From: a virus
Lineage: Duplodnaviria; Heunggongvirae; Uroviricota; Caudoviricetes
DNA length: 28,826 nucleotides
IMG/VR virus record: IMGVR_UViG_2541047699_000005
Strand: one strand, 5' to 3'
Part shown: positions 28,580 through 28,826 of the stretch, one piece after another
Numbering within the stretch: position 1 is the first letter of the stretch
Layout of the letters: every line of letters starts with the position of its first letter
Translations under genes and position numbers: made by a program
Notes under the pieces: generated by a model
What the model was told of the DNA's origin: nothing
Database searches by the model: none
The model's input: the letters and a program-made list of their open reading frames with translations, nothing else

Positions 28580-28826
28580 TCCATCACCTCCTGAAAGTTT
28601 CCCCGATAGAACGCCAGCACACGCTGCATAACTTCGCTCCTCCTGCTCTCACGACAAATTATGTTCTGGTGCCTGTCGTAGCGGCGCATTTCGCCGTCTG
28701 GTAACGACCAGATAAGGTCCGGATCAACCACTGCAGGTTTCTTCACCTTTGCCCTTGAGAGTTTTTTGCGAGCATTTTGCCAGTCCTTACGCGCCTGTTC
28801 AGACGGGAATAACCCGTAACCAGAGT
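28576..28826 (-). CDS. Partial CDS (C-terminal part only; N-terminus lies beyond the window end)
   Basis: The minus-strand frame is open from the window edge to TGA at 28578-28576 (...KPAVVDPDLIWSLPDGEMRRYDRHQNIICRESRRSEVMQRVLAFYRGNFQEVME), coupled to the next gene. Confidence 0.4.
   Translation of the reverse strand, partial: SGYGLFPSEQARKDWQNARKKLSRAKVKKPAVVDPDLIWSLPDGEMRRYDRHQNIICRESRRSEVMQRVLAFYRGNFQEVME

Overview
The window is one contiguous lambdoid prophage segment, almost entirely coded on the minus strand, so phage gene order runs from high to low coordinates. From 28826 down: nin-type early-right small genes, a hok-family type I toxin, a DUF968-like gene, RusA, a Q-like antiterminator, a candidate late promoter/terminator pair, a self-contained three-tRNA operon (Ile-CAU, Arg-UCG, Arg-UCU), a phage-21-type lysis cassette (pinholin, YdfR-like ORF, SAR endolysin, Rz/Rz1), an AT-rich opposite-strand moron locus, an HNH endonuclease/TerS/TerL packaging module, HK97-type head genes (portal, protease, capsid with delta domain), then tail genes ending in lambda-like M, L, K, I and J at the window start. 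A complete IS911 copy (1249 bp, 3-bp AAC target duplication) sits between terL and portal. No CRISPR array, integrase, attachment site or stx genes are visible. The best candidates for undescribed biology are the opposite-strand moron between packaging and lysis (a YfbU-like 179-aa gene plus a convergent 88-aa ORF), the AT-rich island with a strongly initiated 85-aa ORF beside hok, and a small very acidic protein in the nin region. All protein family calls are from reading the translations and recalled family sequences; no database search was run.
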